Below are positions 29,865 to 40,972 of a stretch of DNA of 64,000 bases, piece by piece (position 1 is the first letter of the stretch; each line of letters opens with the position of its first letter). The stretch comes from Macrostomum lignano (taxonomy: Eukaryota). The DNA lies in the NCBI GenBank assembly GCA_002269645.1, contig NIVC01000304.1, positions 62,001 through 126,000 on the forward strand, given 5' to 3'. The position numbers and the translations under genes are program-made. The notes under the pieces were generated by a model that was not told where the DNA came from, did not search any database, and saw nothing but the letters and a program-made list of their open reading frames with translations.

Positions 29865-31076
29865 ACTTCATGAGCATCATCATATTCATATCATATATGC
29901 ATGTACATGTATGGTCCAAAACTCTTAAATAAGGCTGCTTTTATTAAAAAAAGTTAACAAAATCTAACTTGAAATAGAAAGTTAGGTAGAGATGCTCGCT
30001 GAACAAAAAATATAAAAGAATGAGGACATACGCTTGTAAAGCTTCACAAAATCACAGGCCTATAGTTTGAATGCGCAGCTTGCAGGTGGATGAGCCATTT
30101 TGCAGCTCAAAATTTTCTAAACTCAGTGTTTGCGTACCGATCGCTTTGCCAATTAAGTTCAGTGAATTGTAGGCCGTTTACTCTGTTTTCATACCTGATT
30201 GTGCATTTATCGATAGGGACTGAGCACACTTTGTCTACTGCCCTGTACCCTTAACTCAAATATAATTATTTGCTGTTTAAGCTGCTTGACTGCATGCTTG
30301 TGTCTAAGCGCGTTGGCTTTGACTTCAAATGTTGGCGGTGTCCTTTTTCACTATTTTATAACTTGAAATATCTGAAAATTTCAAAAAATTCCGATTGGTC
30401 CCTCATGATTTCAACCTATACGAGCTTAGTCCAAAAATATTGTCAAAGAGTAATAACACTCATAAACAGTGCATCCAATTTTACACCAGTTCACGTGTAC
30501 ATGCACACGGCAAGAGGAAGTGTAATTAATCACGGAATTGCAATGATGCAGGGCAAACAGCATACGCGTATAATTATGTAGGCGAAAGTCACAGCAAAAG
30601 TCTTACAGGTACGTTATAGCTATATATATGCACAGCACAAAAACCCGTCGCATATGCGACGTTGAAGCTAGGCGCGGACTTTTACAATAGATAGCCGACG
30701 CTAGTAACGACAAGACTGCGCAAATCAGCGAAAAAAATAAATAATTAAAACAAAAATGTTTTGGTAGGTCAGCCTCCGTCTGACTAATGTAAAACTTAAA
30801 AGTGTCCATTCTCCATTAACGTTCATCGTCAGTGGGTACGTCCATAACGCGCGCAAAATGTTGAATTAGCTTCGCGAAACAGAATAAGAGCAAGAGAGAA
30901 GAAAAACGATAACAAGTGAAGCGAGTCTCTGAACAATCAAACCGCTAGCTAAGCCAAATACTATACGCGAATCAACTTGAGTGTATCGCACATGCAATAT
31001 TCGTGTATGTAGGTTACGCCTTGCTGACTGTCTGAATATTCAAATAAGAAAAGAAAGAATTTTAAAAGACACATTT

Positions 31077-34000
31077 TCAGCCAGTATATCCGCCGTTGCT
31101 GTTGCCGGCTTCAGTCGGCCTCGACTGCCGCAGATAATTTTCTGGCTGCTCATGCTGACGATACTGCTGCTGCGGCGGTGGCTGCTGACCTGCTTGCCTC
31201 TTTGGTGGATTTGCTCTACCAGAGTTTGACTCCATCGGAAAGTTCTCTCCATCTGACTGACTCCGAAAATAACACCTGTAGAGCAAGAAGCCGCTGCCAA
31301 TCAGCAGGCCAGCGCCGACAACGGAGAAGACCAAAATGAGTGCAACTGCCCAGGTTTCGAGGCCGCCTGCGTCCGGGTTCGGAGTCTCGGAAGGGAGGAT
31401 CGGAGTAGTAGGTGTAGTAGGTGCGGGTGTTGAGTCAGTGATTTCTGAATGATCGGTGGGACCTGTAGAGCTTGAGGACAAGGTAGAGTCATAATTAGTT
31501 GACTGGCCAGTCACCTGTGTTCCAGTAGAATCGGTCATCTCCGTCTGCGGCGTCGCCGTCTGTGGTGCCGTTGGTGTCTCCGTCGGTGCTTCTGTCGGTG
31601 TCGTCGGCGAGGGCGTAGGGAGGTCGTTGATGCAGTCAGGCGAGGCGACGCACGGCAGCGTCTGGTCCCAGAAGGCGCAGTCCAGTCCGCGGAGCGCGTG
31701 CTCAACGTAGTGAGGCGGCCAGCTGACGTTCCAGCCGCCGCTTCCAGAGTCGCGCAGCAGCAGCACCCGCCGGCTGTCGGCTCCGTAGGCCTCCCAGCTC
31801 ACGTTGCCGCTGTTGGCGAACTCGACGAGGCTGCGGACGAGGAAGCCCGACAGTTGGGCGCGCGCCTCGCCAAGCGGCTTGGAGGGTCTCGCAGGGCTGC
31901 CCAAGGCGTAGACGGCGTCATCCGCTGGAGTGGGAGTTAAGCGGTTGGAGGGGCTTTGGACACTTCAGTGAGAGGGAGTTAAGCGGTTGGAGGGGCTTTG
32001 GAGCACTTCAGTGAGAGGGAGTTAAGCGGTTGGCGGGGCTTTGGAGCACTTCAGTGAGTGGGAGTTAAGCAGTTGGGAGGGGGGTTTGGAGCACTTCAGT
32101 GAGTGGGAGTTAAGCGGTTGGGAGGGGGGGTTTGGAGCACTTATGTGAGTGGGAGCTAAGCGGTTGGGAGGGGGGGGGTTTGGAGCACTTCAGTGAGTGG
32201 GAGCTAAGCGGTTGACGGGGCTTTGGAGCACTTCAGTGAGTGGGAGCTAAGCGGTTGACAGGGCTTTGGAGCACTTCAGTGAGTGGGAGCTAAGCGGTTG
32301 ACGGGGCTTTGGAGCACTTCAGTGAGTGGGAGCTAAGCGGTTGACGGGGCTTTGGAGCTCTTCAGTGAGTGGGAGTTAAGCAGTTGGGAGGGGGGTTTGG
32401 AGCACTTCAGTGAGTGGGAGTTAAGCGGTTGGGAGGGGGGGGGGTTTGGAGCACTTCAGTGAGTGGGAGCTAAGCGGTTGACGGGGCTTTGGAGCACTTC
32501 AGTGAGTGGGAGCTAAGCGGTTGACGGGGCTTTGGAGCACTTCAGTGAGTGGGAGTTAAGCAGTTGGGAGGGGGGTTTGGAGCACTTCAGTGAGTGGGAG
32601 CTAAGCGGTTGACGGGGCTTTGGAGCACTTCAGTGAGTGGGAGTTAAGCAGTTGGGAGGGGGGGTTTGGAGCACTTCAGTGAGTGGGAGTTAAGCGGTTG
32701 ACGGGGCTTTGGAGCACTTCAGTGGGTGGGAGCTAAGCGGTTGACGGGGCTTTGGACACTTCAGTGAGTGGGAGCTAAGCGGTTGGCGGGGCTTTGGAGC
32801 ACTTCAGTGGGTGGGAGCTAAGCGGTTGACGGGGCTTTGGACACTTCAGTGAGTGAGAGCTAAGCGGTTGACGGGGATTTGTAGCACTTCAGTGAGAGGG
32901 AGCTAAGCGGTTGACGGGGCTTTGGAGCACTTCAGTGAGTGGCGATTTGCACTGGTTAACCAGTGCCTCAGTGCTAACCTGAGCGAGCTCATCCCACCTG
33001 CCTGGCTTCCCCGCTCCCCTCAGCCCCGCCTGCTCACAGAGGCTGGCGCCGACCAGCCGATCCCCGATTTCCTCGGCCGGCTCGGCGAGCAGGAAGCCGA
33101 AAACCTGAGCAGTGCTCAAAGCAGCCGCTCTGGCCATGAAGCTCCAGGTAGGACAGGTAAAGTGCCGATCGCCCAGCGCCCGCGACAGCAGCTGGGCCTC
33201 CTTGACGTCCCCGACGCCGGCGTCAGCGGTCGAGCTGGGGAATTCGGCGAAGCGGCGACTCGCGGCTTCCAGTCCGACCGAGGACAGCGACTCGCCGAAG
33301 CGGGGGAAGTGGCGCAGTGACTGGCCCAGGTGCTGTGGAAGGTGAGAGGAGTGACTGGCCCAGGTGCTGTGGGAGGTGAGAGGAGTGACTGGCCCAGGTG
33401 CTGTGGGAGGTGAGAGGAGTGACTGGCCCAGGTGCTGTGGGAGGTGAGAGGAGTGACTGGCCCAGGTGCTGTGGGTGGTGAGAGGAGTGACTGGCCCAGG
33501 TGCTGTGGGAGGTGAGAGGAGTGACTGGCCCAGGTGCTGTGGGAGGTGAGAGGAGTGACTGGCCCAGGTGCTGTGGGTGGTGAGAGGAGCGAGTGGCCCA
33601 GGTGCTGTGGGAGGTGAGAGGAGTGACTGGCCCAGGTGCTGTGGGAGGTGAGAGGAGTGACTGGCCCAGGTGCTGTGGGTGGTGAGAGGAGTGACTGGCC
33701 CAGGTGTTGTGGGAGGTGAGAGGAGTGACTGGCCCAGGTGCTGTGGGAGGTGAGAGGAGTGACTAGCCCAGGTGCTGTGGGTGGTGAGAGGAGTGACTGG
33801 CCCAGGTGCTGTGGGAGGTGAGAGGAGTGACTGGCCCAGGTGCTGTGGGTGGTGAGAGGAGTGACTGCCCAGGTGCTGTGGGAGGTGAGAGGAGTGCGGG
33901 ACTCAGCAGTGACTGGCCCAGGTGCTGTGGGAGGTGAGAGGAGTGCGGGACTCAGCAGTGACTGGGCCAGGTGCTGTGGGTGGTGAGAGGAGTGCAGGAC

Positions 34001-37000
34001 TCAGCAGTGACTGGCCCAGGTGCTGTAGGAGGTGAGAGGAGTGCGGGACTCAGCAGTGACTGGCCCAGGTGCTGTGGGAGGTGAGAGGAGTGCGGGACTC
34101 AGCAGTGACTGGCCCAGGTGCTGAGGGAGGTGAGAGGAGTGCGGGACTCAGCAGTGACTGGCCCAGGTGCTGTAGGAGGTGAGAGGAGTGCGGGACTCAG
34201 CAGTGACTGGCCCAGGTGCTGTAGGAGGTGAGAGGATTGCGGGACTCAGCAGTGACTGGCCCAGGTGCTGTGGGAGGTGAGAGGAGTGCGGGACTCAGCA
34301 GTGACTGGCCCAGGTGCTGTAGGAGGTGAGAGGAGTACGGGACTCAGCAGTGACTGGCCCAGGTGCTGTGGGTGGTGAGAGGAGTGCGGGACTCAGCAGT
34401 GACTGGGCCAGGTGCTGTGGGAGGTGAGAGGAGTGCGGGACTCAGCAGTGACTGGGCCAGGTGCTGTAGGAGGTGAGAGGAGTGCGGGACTCAGCAGTGA
34501 CTGGCCCAGGTGCTGTAGGAGGTGAGAGGAGTGCGGGACTCAGCAGTGACTGGGCCAGGTGCTGTGGGAGGTGAGAGGAGTGCGGGACTCAGCAGTGACT
34601 GGGCCAGGTGCTGTAGGAGGTGAGAGGAGTGCGGGACTCAGCAGTGACTGGCCCAGGTGCTGTAGGAGGTGAGAGGAGTGCGGGACTCAGCAGTGACTGG
34701 CCCAGGTGCTGTGCACCTCACCTCCAGCACGCGGTCCCGCGTCACGTTCAGGCCATCGGGCAGCAGCAGCCGCACCAGCGTGTTGCCGGGGGAGTCCACG
34801 CCGCCCAGCAGCAGCGGAACCGGCGGCAAGGCGTCCACCGACCACGGGTCGGACTTCAGGAAGTCGGCGTCCAGGGCGGGTCCGAAGGCGACGAAGGGCG
34901 GCTGGAGGCGGGCGACGTCGCGCTGGAAGTCTGCGGCCGCGCTGACGATTTCCGAGGAGGTGAGGTTGCGCAGGCAGTCCAGCAGCTCAGCGGGGGTCGA
35001 CTGGCTGCAGTTCAGGTAGCTGGCTGAGGAGTCGGAGGGGTGGATGAGCTGTGCAGTCTGGGAGATGAGTGCTGCAGCTCAGGTAGCTGGCTGAGGAGTC
35101 GGAGGGGAGGATGAGCTGTGCAGTCTGGGAGATGAGTGCTGCAGCTCAGGTAGCTGGCTGAGGAGTCGGAGGGGAGGATGAGCTGTGCAGTCTGGGAGAT
35201 GAGTGCTGCAGCTCAGGTAGCTGGCTGAGGAGTCGGAGGGGTGGCTGAGCTGTGCAGTCTGGGAGATGAGTGCTGCAGCTCAGGTAGCTGGCTGAGGAGT
35301 CGGAGGGGAGGATGAGCTGTGCAGTCTGGGAGATGAGTGCTGCAGCTCAGGTAGCTGGCTGAGGAGTCGGAGGGGAGGCTGAGCTGTGCAGTCTGGGAGA
35401 TGAGTGCTGCAGCTCAGGTAGCTGGCTGAGGAGGGGAGGGAGGATGAGCTGTGCAGTCTGGGAGATGAGTGCTGCAGCTCAGGTAGCTGGCTGAGGAGGG
35501 GAGGGGAGGATGAGCTGTGCAGTCTGGGAGATGAGTGCTGCAGCTCAGGTAGCTGGCTGAGGAGGGGAGGGGAGGATGAGCTGTGCAGTCTGGGAGATTA
35601 GTGCTGCAGCTCAGGTAGCTGGCTGAGGAGGGGAGGGGAGGATGAGCTGTGCAGTCTGGGAGATGAGTGCTGCAGCTCAGGTAGCTGGCTGAGGAGTCGG
35701 AGGGGTGGCTGAGCTGTGCAGTCTGGGAGATGAGTGCTGCAGCTCAGGTAGCTGGCTGAGGAGGGGAAGGAGGATGAGCTGTGCAGTCTGGGAGATGAGT
35801 GCTGCAGCTCAGGTAGCTGGCTGAGGAGTCGGAGGGGTGGCTGAGCTGTGCAGTCTGGGAGATGAGTGCTGCAGCTCAGGTAGCTGGCTGAGGAGTCGGA
35901 GTCGGAGGGGAGGCTGAGCTGACACCTGTGCAGTCTGGCAGATAATACTTGCGCGGACTGTGCTGAGTACAATCACAGTACTCAAAGTACTCCTAAACTG
36001 CAAGCAAGCGGGTATCTGCAGGTCTCACCTGTAAAACTTTTGTGCATCGCCCGCACTTCGTCTGGCATTGGCGACACCGCGAAGGGGGAGTTCGGCGAGC
36101 CCGACAGAAGGACGGCGCGCTGGAACTGCAGCGGCTCCGCCAGCAGGTGGAAGCCGACGGAGGCAGCGCCGGCCTCCACGCCCACCAGACTGATTTTGCT
36201 GGGGCTGCCGCCAAAAAAGCGCACGTTGTAGCGCACCCACTGGAGGGCCAGCGCCTGGTCTCGGAGGCCAAGGTTTGCGGGCACCGAGGCGTTTTGCAGC
36301 CACAGGAAGCCCAGAGCACCTGGGAATCAGCAGGCATTGCGACTGAAGCTGGCAGATCCCACCTGTGCTACTGCAGCCCGGAGCACCTCAGATCCCATCA
36401 CCTGCCATTGCTGCTGCAGCTCACCAAAGGCCTGAGCACCTCAGATCCCATCACCTGCCATTGCTGCTGCAGCTCACCAAAGGCCTGAGCACCTCAGATC
36501 CCATCACCTGCCATTGCTGCTGCAGCTCACCAAAGGCCTGAGCACCTCAGATCCCATCACCTGCCATTGCTGCTGCAGCCCACCAAAGGCCTGAGGACCT
36601 CAGATCCCATCATCTGCCATTGCTGCTGCAGCTCACCAAAGGCCTGAGCACCTCAGATCCCATCACCTGCCATTGCTGCTGCAGCTCACCAAAGGCCTGA
36701 GCACCTCAGATCCCATCACCTGCCATTGCTGCTGCAGCCCACCAAAGGCCTGAGGACCCTCTCCTCACTTACCATCTCCTCATCCTCTCCTCACCTACTC
36801 CTCACCCTCTCCTCACCCACTCCTCACCCTCTCCTCACCCTCTCTTCACCCTCTCCTCACCCTCTCCTCACCCTCTCCTCACCTTCTCCTCACCCTCTCA
36901 TCACCCACTCCTCACCCTCTCCTCCTCACCCTCTCGTCTCCCTCTCGTCACCCTCTGCTCACTTACCCTCTCCTCACCCTCTCCTCACCCACTCACCCAG

Positions 37001-40000
37001 TCTGTAGGCGACCGTCACCACCACCGCATCGACCTGGTCCAGCACGTGGCTGCCCCGCCAGCGGTCATCGAAGGCGTCGCCAGTCTGAAAGAAGCCGCCG
37101 TGAAGGAACACCAAGACGGGGAGGTCATTGACGCCCCGGTCCGAGTGCGCGGGTGTCCACAAGTTCAGGTAGAGGCAGTCCTCGGAGGTCGCGAGCGGCC
37201 CCGGCTGCGGACATGCGGGCTTCGGGCTTATCGCTAGGAAGTCCTCGCCTGCAGGGTAAAAGGAAGTCGGTCGTGGATCAACGCTTAGTTGCTAGGGCAG
37301 GACTCAATGTGGGACTCAATGTGGGACTCAATGCGGGACTCAATGCGGGACTCAATACGGGACTCAATACGGGACTCAATACGGGACTCAGTACGGGACT
37401 CAATACGGGACTCAATGCGGGACTCAATACGGGACTCAATGCGGGACTCAATGCGGGACTCAATACGGGACTCAATCCGGGACTCAATGCGGGACTCGAG
37501 GCTGGTAGCGGCAGCTCACCGAACGGATCCGCCGGCTCCGGAACAGCAAAGCGCTTCCCTCCGATGGGAGGCTTGGCGTAGGGCAGGCCGAGAAACTGCG
37601 TCATCACTTTGCCAGCGGGGGTGCGGATCGTCTGGCCGAACGTCCTGCCCAGCCCGAGAATATTCACGCTGTAGTTCCGCAGCACCGTGTTCGAGAACGG
37701 CTGCGCACCTCCTGGCGAGATTCGCGGTGGCTGAGGCGGCGGCGGAGGCTGCGGAGGAGGCGGCGAGGCGGACAGGTTGCTGGCCAGCGACATCTCGGCC
37801 GACCAGAGCGGACAGCGGCCGGGCTCGAAGGCGAAGCCGCCGCTTGTCAAATTGACGCCGGTTTTGGCGCCGAAGCGCAGGAAATCAAAGGCGCCGGCGC
37901 TGCTGGAGGGCCAGCCGGGACTGGGAGCTGAAAGAAGCAATGAAAGCGGCTCTTGTAGCAGCAACTCTGAGCAGGAATTTGAAGCAGCAACTCTGAGCAG
38001 GCATTTGAAGCAGAAACTCTGAGCAGGCATTTGAAGCAGCAACTTTGAGCAGCAACTCTGAGCAGGAATTTGAAGCAGCAACTCTGAGCAGGCATTTGAA
38101 GCAGCAACTCTGAGCAGGTATTTGAAGCAGCAACTTTGAGCAGCAACTCTGAGCAGGCATTTGAAGCAGCAACTCTGAGCAGGCATTTGAAGCAGCAACT
38201 CTGAGCAGGCATTTGAAGCAGCAACTTTGAGCAGCAACTCTGAGCAGGCATTTGAAGCAGCAACTCTGAGCAGCAACTCTGAGCAGGCATTTGAAGCAGC
38301 AACTCTGAGCAGGAATTTGAAGCAGCAACTTTGAGCAGCAACTCTGAGCAGGAATTTGAAGCAGCAACTCTGAGCAGGCATTTGAAGCAGCAACTCTGAG
38401 CAGGCATTTGAAGCAGAAACTCTGAGCAGGCATTTGAAGCAGCAACTTTGAGCAGCAACTCTGAGCAGGAATTTGAAGCAGCAACTCTGAGCAGGCATTT
38501 GAAGCAGCAACTCTGAGCAGGAATTTGAAGCAGCAACTCTGAGCAGGCATTTGAAGCAGCAACTCTGAGCAGGCATTTGAAGCAGCAACTTTGAGCAGCA
38601 ACTCTGAGCAGGCATTTGAAGCAGCAACTCTGAGCAGGCATTTGAAGCAGCAACTTTGAGCAGCAACTCTGAGCAGGCATTTGAAGCAGCAACTCTGAGC
38701 AGGCATTTGAAGCAGCAACTCTGAGCAGGCATTTGAAGCAGCAACTTTGAGCAGCAACTCTGAGCAGGCATTTGAAGCAGCAACTCTGAGCAGCAACTCT
38801 GAGCAGGCATTTGAAGCAGCAACTCTGAGCAGGAATTTGAAGCAGCAACTCTGAGCAGGCATTTGAAGCAGCAACTCTGAGCAGGAATTTGAAGCAGCAA
38901 CTCTGAGCAGGCATTTGAAGCAGCAACTCTGAGCAGGCATTTGAAGCAGCAACTCTGAGCAGGCATTTGAAGCAGCAACTCTGAGCAGGCATTTGAAGCA
39001 GCAACTCTGAGCAGGCATTTGAAGCAGCAACTTTGAGCAGCAACTCTGAGCAGGAATTTGAAGCAGCAACTCTGAGCAGGAATTTGAAGCAGCAACTCTG
39101 AGCAGGAATTTGAAGCAGCAAATCTGAGCAGGCATTTGAAGCAGCAACTCTGAGCAGGCTTTTGAAGCAGCAACTCTGAGCAGACAGTTGAAGCAGCAAC
39201 TCTGAGCAGGCATTTGAAGCAGCAACTCTGAGCAGGCATTTCAATCACACAACTGCCTGAAGAACTCACCTCCACTAGCAGTAAAATCGACCAGGTGCTG
39301 CATCATGATTCTGGACAGGCTCCTGTGCTCAGCTGAGTAGTTCGCTCGCACCAGCGGCTCTCCCAGCAGCACCTTCGCATCATTCGCCACCGACAGTGCA
39401 GCTGCGGGATCGCCATCCTCATCGTGCAGGTAGACGAACACCCGGCCTGAGCCAATCAGGTCGTTGGCGGCCTCCCAAACCGGACAGACGGCGCCAAAGT
39501 CGGACAGCGCGCGGGCCAAAATGTGGCGGACGCGGCCGCCGTAGGCGAAGTGCGGCCAGTCGGACAGAGTCAGCCGGAGGTAGCGGCGCCCGCTGACCGA
39601 GGCGTTTCGGCCGGCCGAGTGGAGGCGGGGAAACTGGCCGAACTCGCGGTCCAGGATCTGCAAAGTGGCCAGGTGGGTCAGGTGGGTGACAGCTGCAAAG
39701 TGGCCAGGTGGGTCAGGTGAGTGACAGCTGCAAAGTGGCCAGGTGGGTCAGGTGAGTGACAGCTGCAAAGTGGCCAGGTAGGTCAGGTGAGTGGCAGCTG
39801 CAGTGGCCAGGTGGGTCAGGTGAGTGACAGCTGCAGTGGCCAGGTGGGTCAGGCAGCTGCATGGCTGGAACGGCACTGCATGAAGGGATCAGGGAGCTCA
39901 GCTCAGCCCCAGCTCAGAGCAGCGCGCCACTCACGGTCTCAAATGCCGTCTGGTCGAGCGCGCCCCAGTCGGCGCCCTGCACGCGAAGCGCCAGCTCCGC

Positions 40001-40972
40001 CAGCGCCGGGCCGACGCCAGTTCGGACGCCGACCATCAGGGAGCCGTTGAAGGCGCCAGAGCGCCAGAGCGCGTCCGGCAGCAAGGAGACGTTGAAGGAC
40101 GGCGCGAACCGACCAGCGCCGTCGCCGTAGTCCCGCCGGAGCAGCGACTCAGCATCCAGCAGGTCCTTCAGCGGCTTGCTCCGCAGGCAGTCGAGCGGCA
40201 GGCGGCCTTCATCTCCGATGCCGCAGCTCAGGCTGGCAGCCAGCTGGCGGTCCAGGGCGGCGGCCACTTCGACGGAGGCCGACCAGCCTAGCGGCGCGGC
40301 GATGGAGCCGCTCATCATGACGACGCGCGAGAATCCGCCGCTTCCAACCGCGTGCAGGCCGACAGCGGCAGCGGCGGCGCCGTGGCCGGCCAGCGTCACT
40401 CGCGCCGGGTCGCCGCCGAATCGGTGCAGCTGGTCGCGCAGGAACTCCAGCGCCAGGCGCTGATCCTCAAGGCCGTTGTTCTGCCCTGCCGGCACGTTGC
40501 CAAGGACGCCGAATCGACTTCCGATGGTTGCCATGACGACACTTGTGCCGATAGCGTCGCCGACTTCGTGGCCGAGGCTGTCATTGAAGTCGGAGGAGCC
40601 GTCGAGCAGCAGCGCCAGGACGGGCAGCGGATCAGCGGGGGCAAGGTCGGGAGTTCGAATGCTGAGGCGGAGCAAGTTCTCCTCGGGGTTGGCGGCCTCC
40701 TCGCCGGTCAGCCGGCAGTCGGAGCGGCTGAAGTTGAACGGCTGCGGCTTGGCGAACCGCCTGTCGCCGATTGGCGGCTCGGCGTACGGCACCCGCAGGA
40801 AGCGGAGCAGGCGGCTGCCGAGACCGTCGGGCATCGTCAGATTGAACTCGGAGCCGACGATCGAGCAGCTTCCGATGGTCACATTGGCCTCTCCGACCGG
40901 CTGCGGCTGCCCTCGGGCCGCCGTCAGCGTCAGGGCGACGACGGCGAGTGCGGCAATGGCGGCTCGGTACAT
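31077..40972 (-). CDS. Type I membrane protein with two tandem catalytically inactive carboxyl/cholinesterase-like domains, 8 exons, ~1273 aa
   Basis: Exons 40972-39935, 39657-39270, 37927-37520, 37248-36997, 36319-36029, 35023-34722, 33332-33038, 31924-31077 (3822 nt, GT-AG, phases consistent). Signal peptide MYRAAIAALAVVALTLTAARG. Domain 1: FLRVPYAEPPIGDRRF, DQRLALEFLRDQLHRFGGDPARVTLAGHGA. Pro linker. Domain 2: FLGLPYAKPPIGGKRF, SEDCLYLNLWTP, LHGG, NLGLRDQALALQWVRYNVRFFGGSPSKISLVGVEAG, FTCP. Then a Thr/Pro stalk, TM WAVALILVFSVVGAGLLIGSGFLLY and a Q-rich tail. Confidence 0.9.
31930..32945. repeat. ~43-nt intronic minisatellite (GGGAGCTAAGCGGTTGACGGGGCTTTGGAGCACTTCAGTGAGT)
   Basis: Fills esterase-gene intron 31925-33037 and abuts the acceptor. 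Confidence 0.95.
33317..34712. repeat. 34-nt and 49-nt intronic minisatellite containing the 3' splice site
   Basis: Unit GTGACTGGCCCAGGTGCTGTGGGAGGTGAGAGGA (+/- GTGCGGGACTCAGCA). On the minus strand it reads CTCTCACCTCCCACAG|CACCTGGGCCAGTCAC. Confidence 0.95.
35013..35930. repeat. ~67-nt intronic minisatellite containing the 3' splice site
   Basis: The minus unit contains CTCCTCAG|CCAGCTACCTGAGCTGCAGC, which nearly matches the true exon start CCAGCTACCTGAACTGCAGC. Confidence 0.95.
36375..36996. repeat. 53-nt minisatellite (36375-36760) plus an ~11-nt CTCACCCTCTC array (36765-36996)
   Basis: Two arrays fill intron 36320-36996. The second repeats the donor-like GGTGAG motif on the minus strand. 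Confidence 0.9.
37300..37497. repeat. 12-nt intronic repeat (GGGACTCAAT(A/G)C)
   Basis: Lies inside intron 37249-37519, after donor G|GTGAGC at 37520. Confidence 0.9.
37955..39245. repeat. 26/15-nt intronic minisatellite (GAAGCAGCAACTCTGAGCAGGCATTT)
   Basis: Fills intron 37928-39269 and explains the Cys-rich ORFs at 37847-39275. Confidence 0.95.
39658..39860. repeat. 35-nt intronic minisatellite ending in the acceptor
   Basis: The minus unit CTGTCACTCACCTGACCCACCTGGCCACTTTGCAG ends in the same TTTGCAG used as the real acceptor at 39658. Confidence 0.9.

Noticed and set aside
32979-33037. Exon extension to RWDELAQ, which looks like the catalytic His region
   Set aside because: Wrong phase for the next acceptor. 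The donor at 33038 gives GASLSDDAVYALG in frame.
37278-37519. SPALSPVL repeat as a protein insert
   Set aside because: It runs into a stop at 37278. Donor G|GTGAGC at 37520 and the acceptor at 37248 restore the esterase frame.
37847-39275. Cys-rich repetitive ORFs, including the N-terminal part of the 665-aa ORF
   Set aside because: They lie in an intron bounded by a good donor (39270) and acceptor (37927). Only 37927-37520 is exonic.
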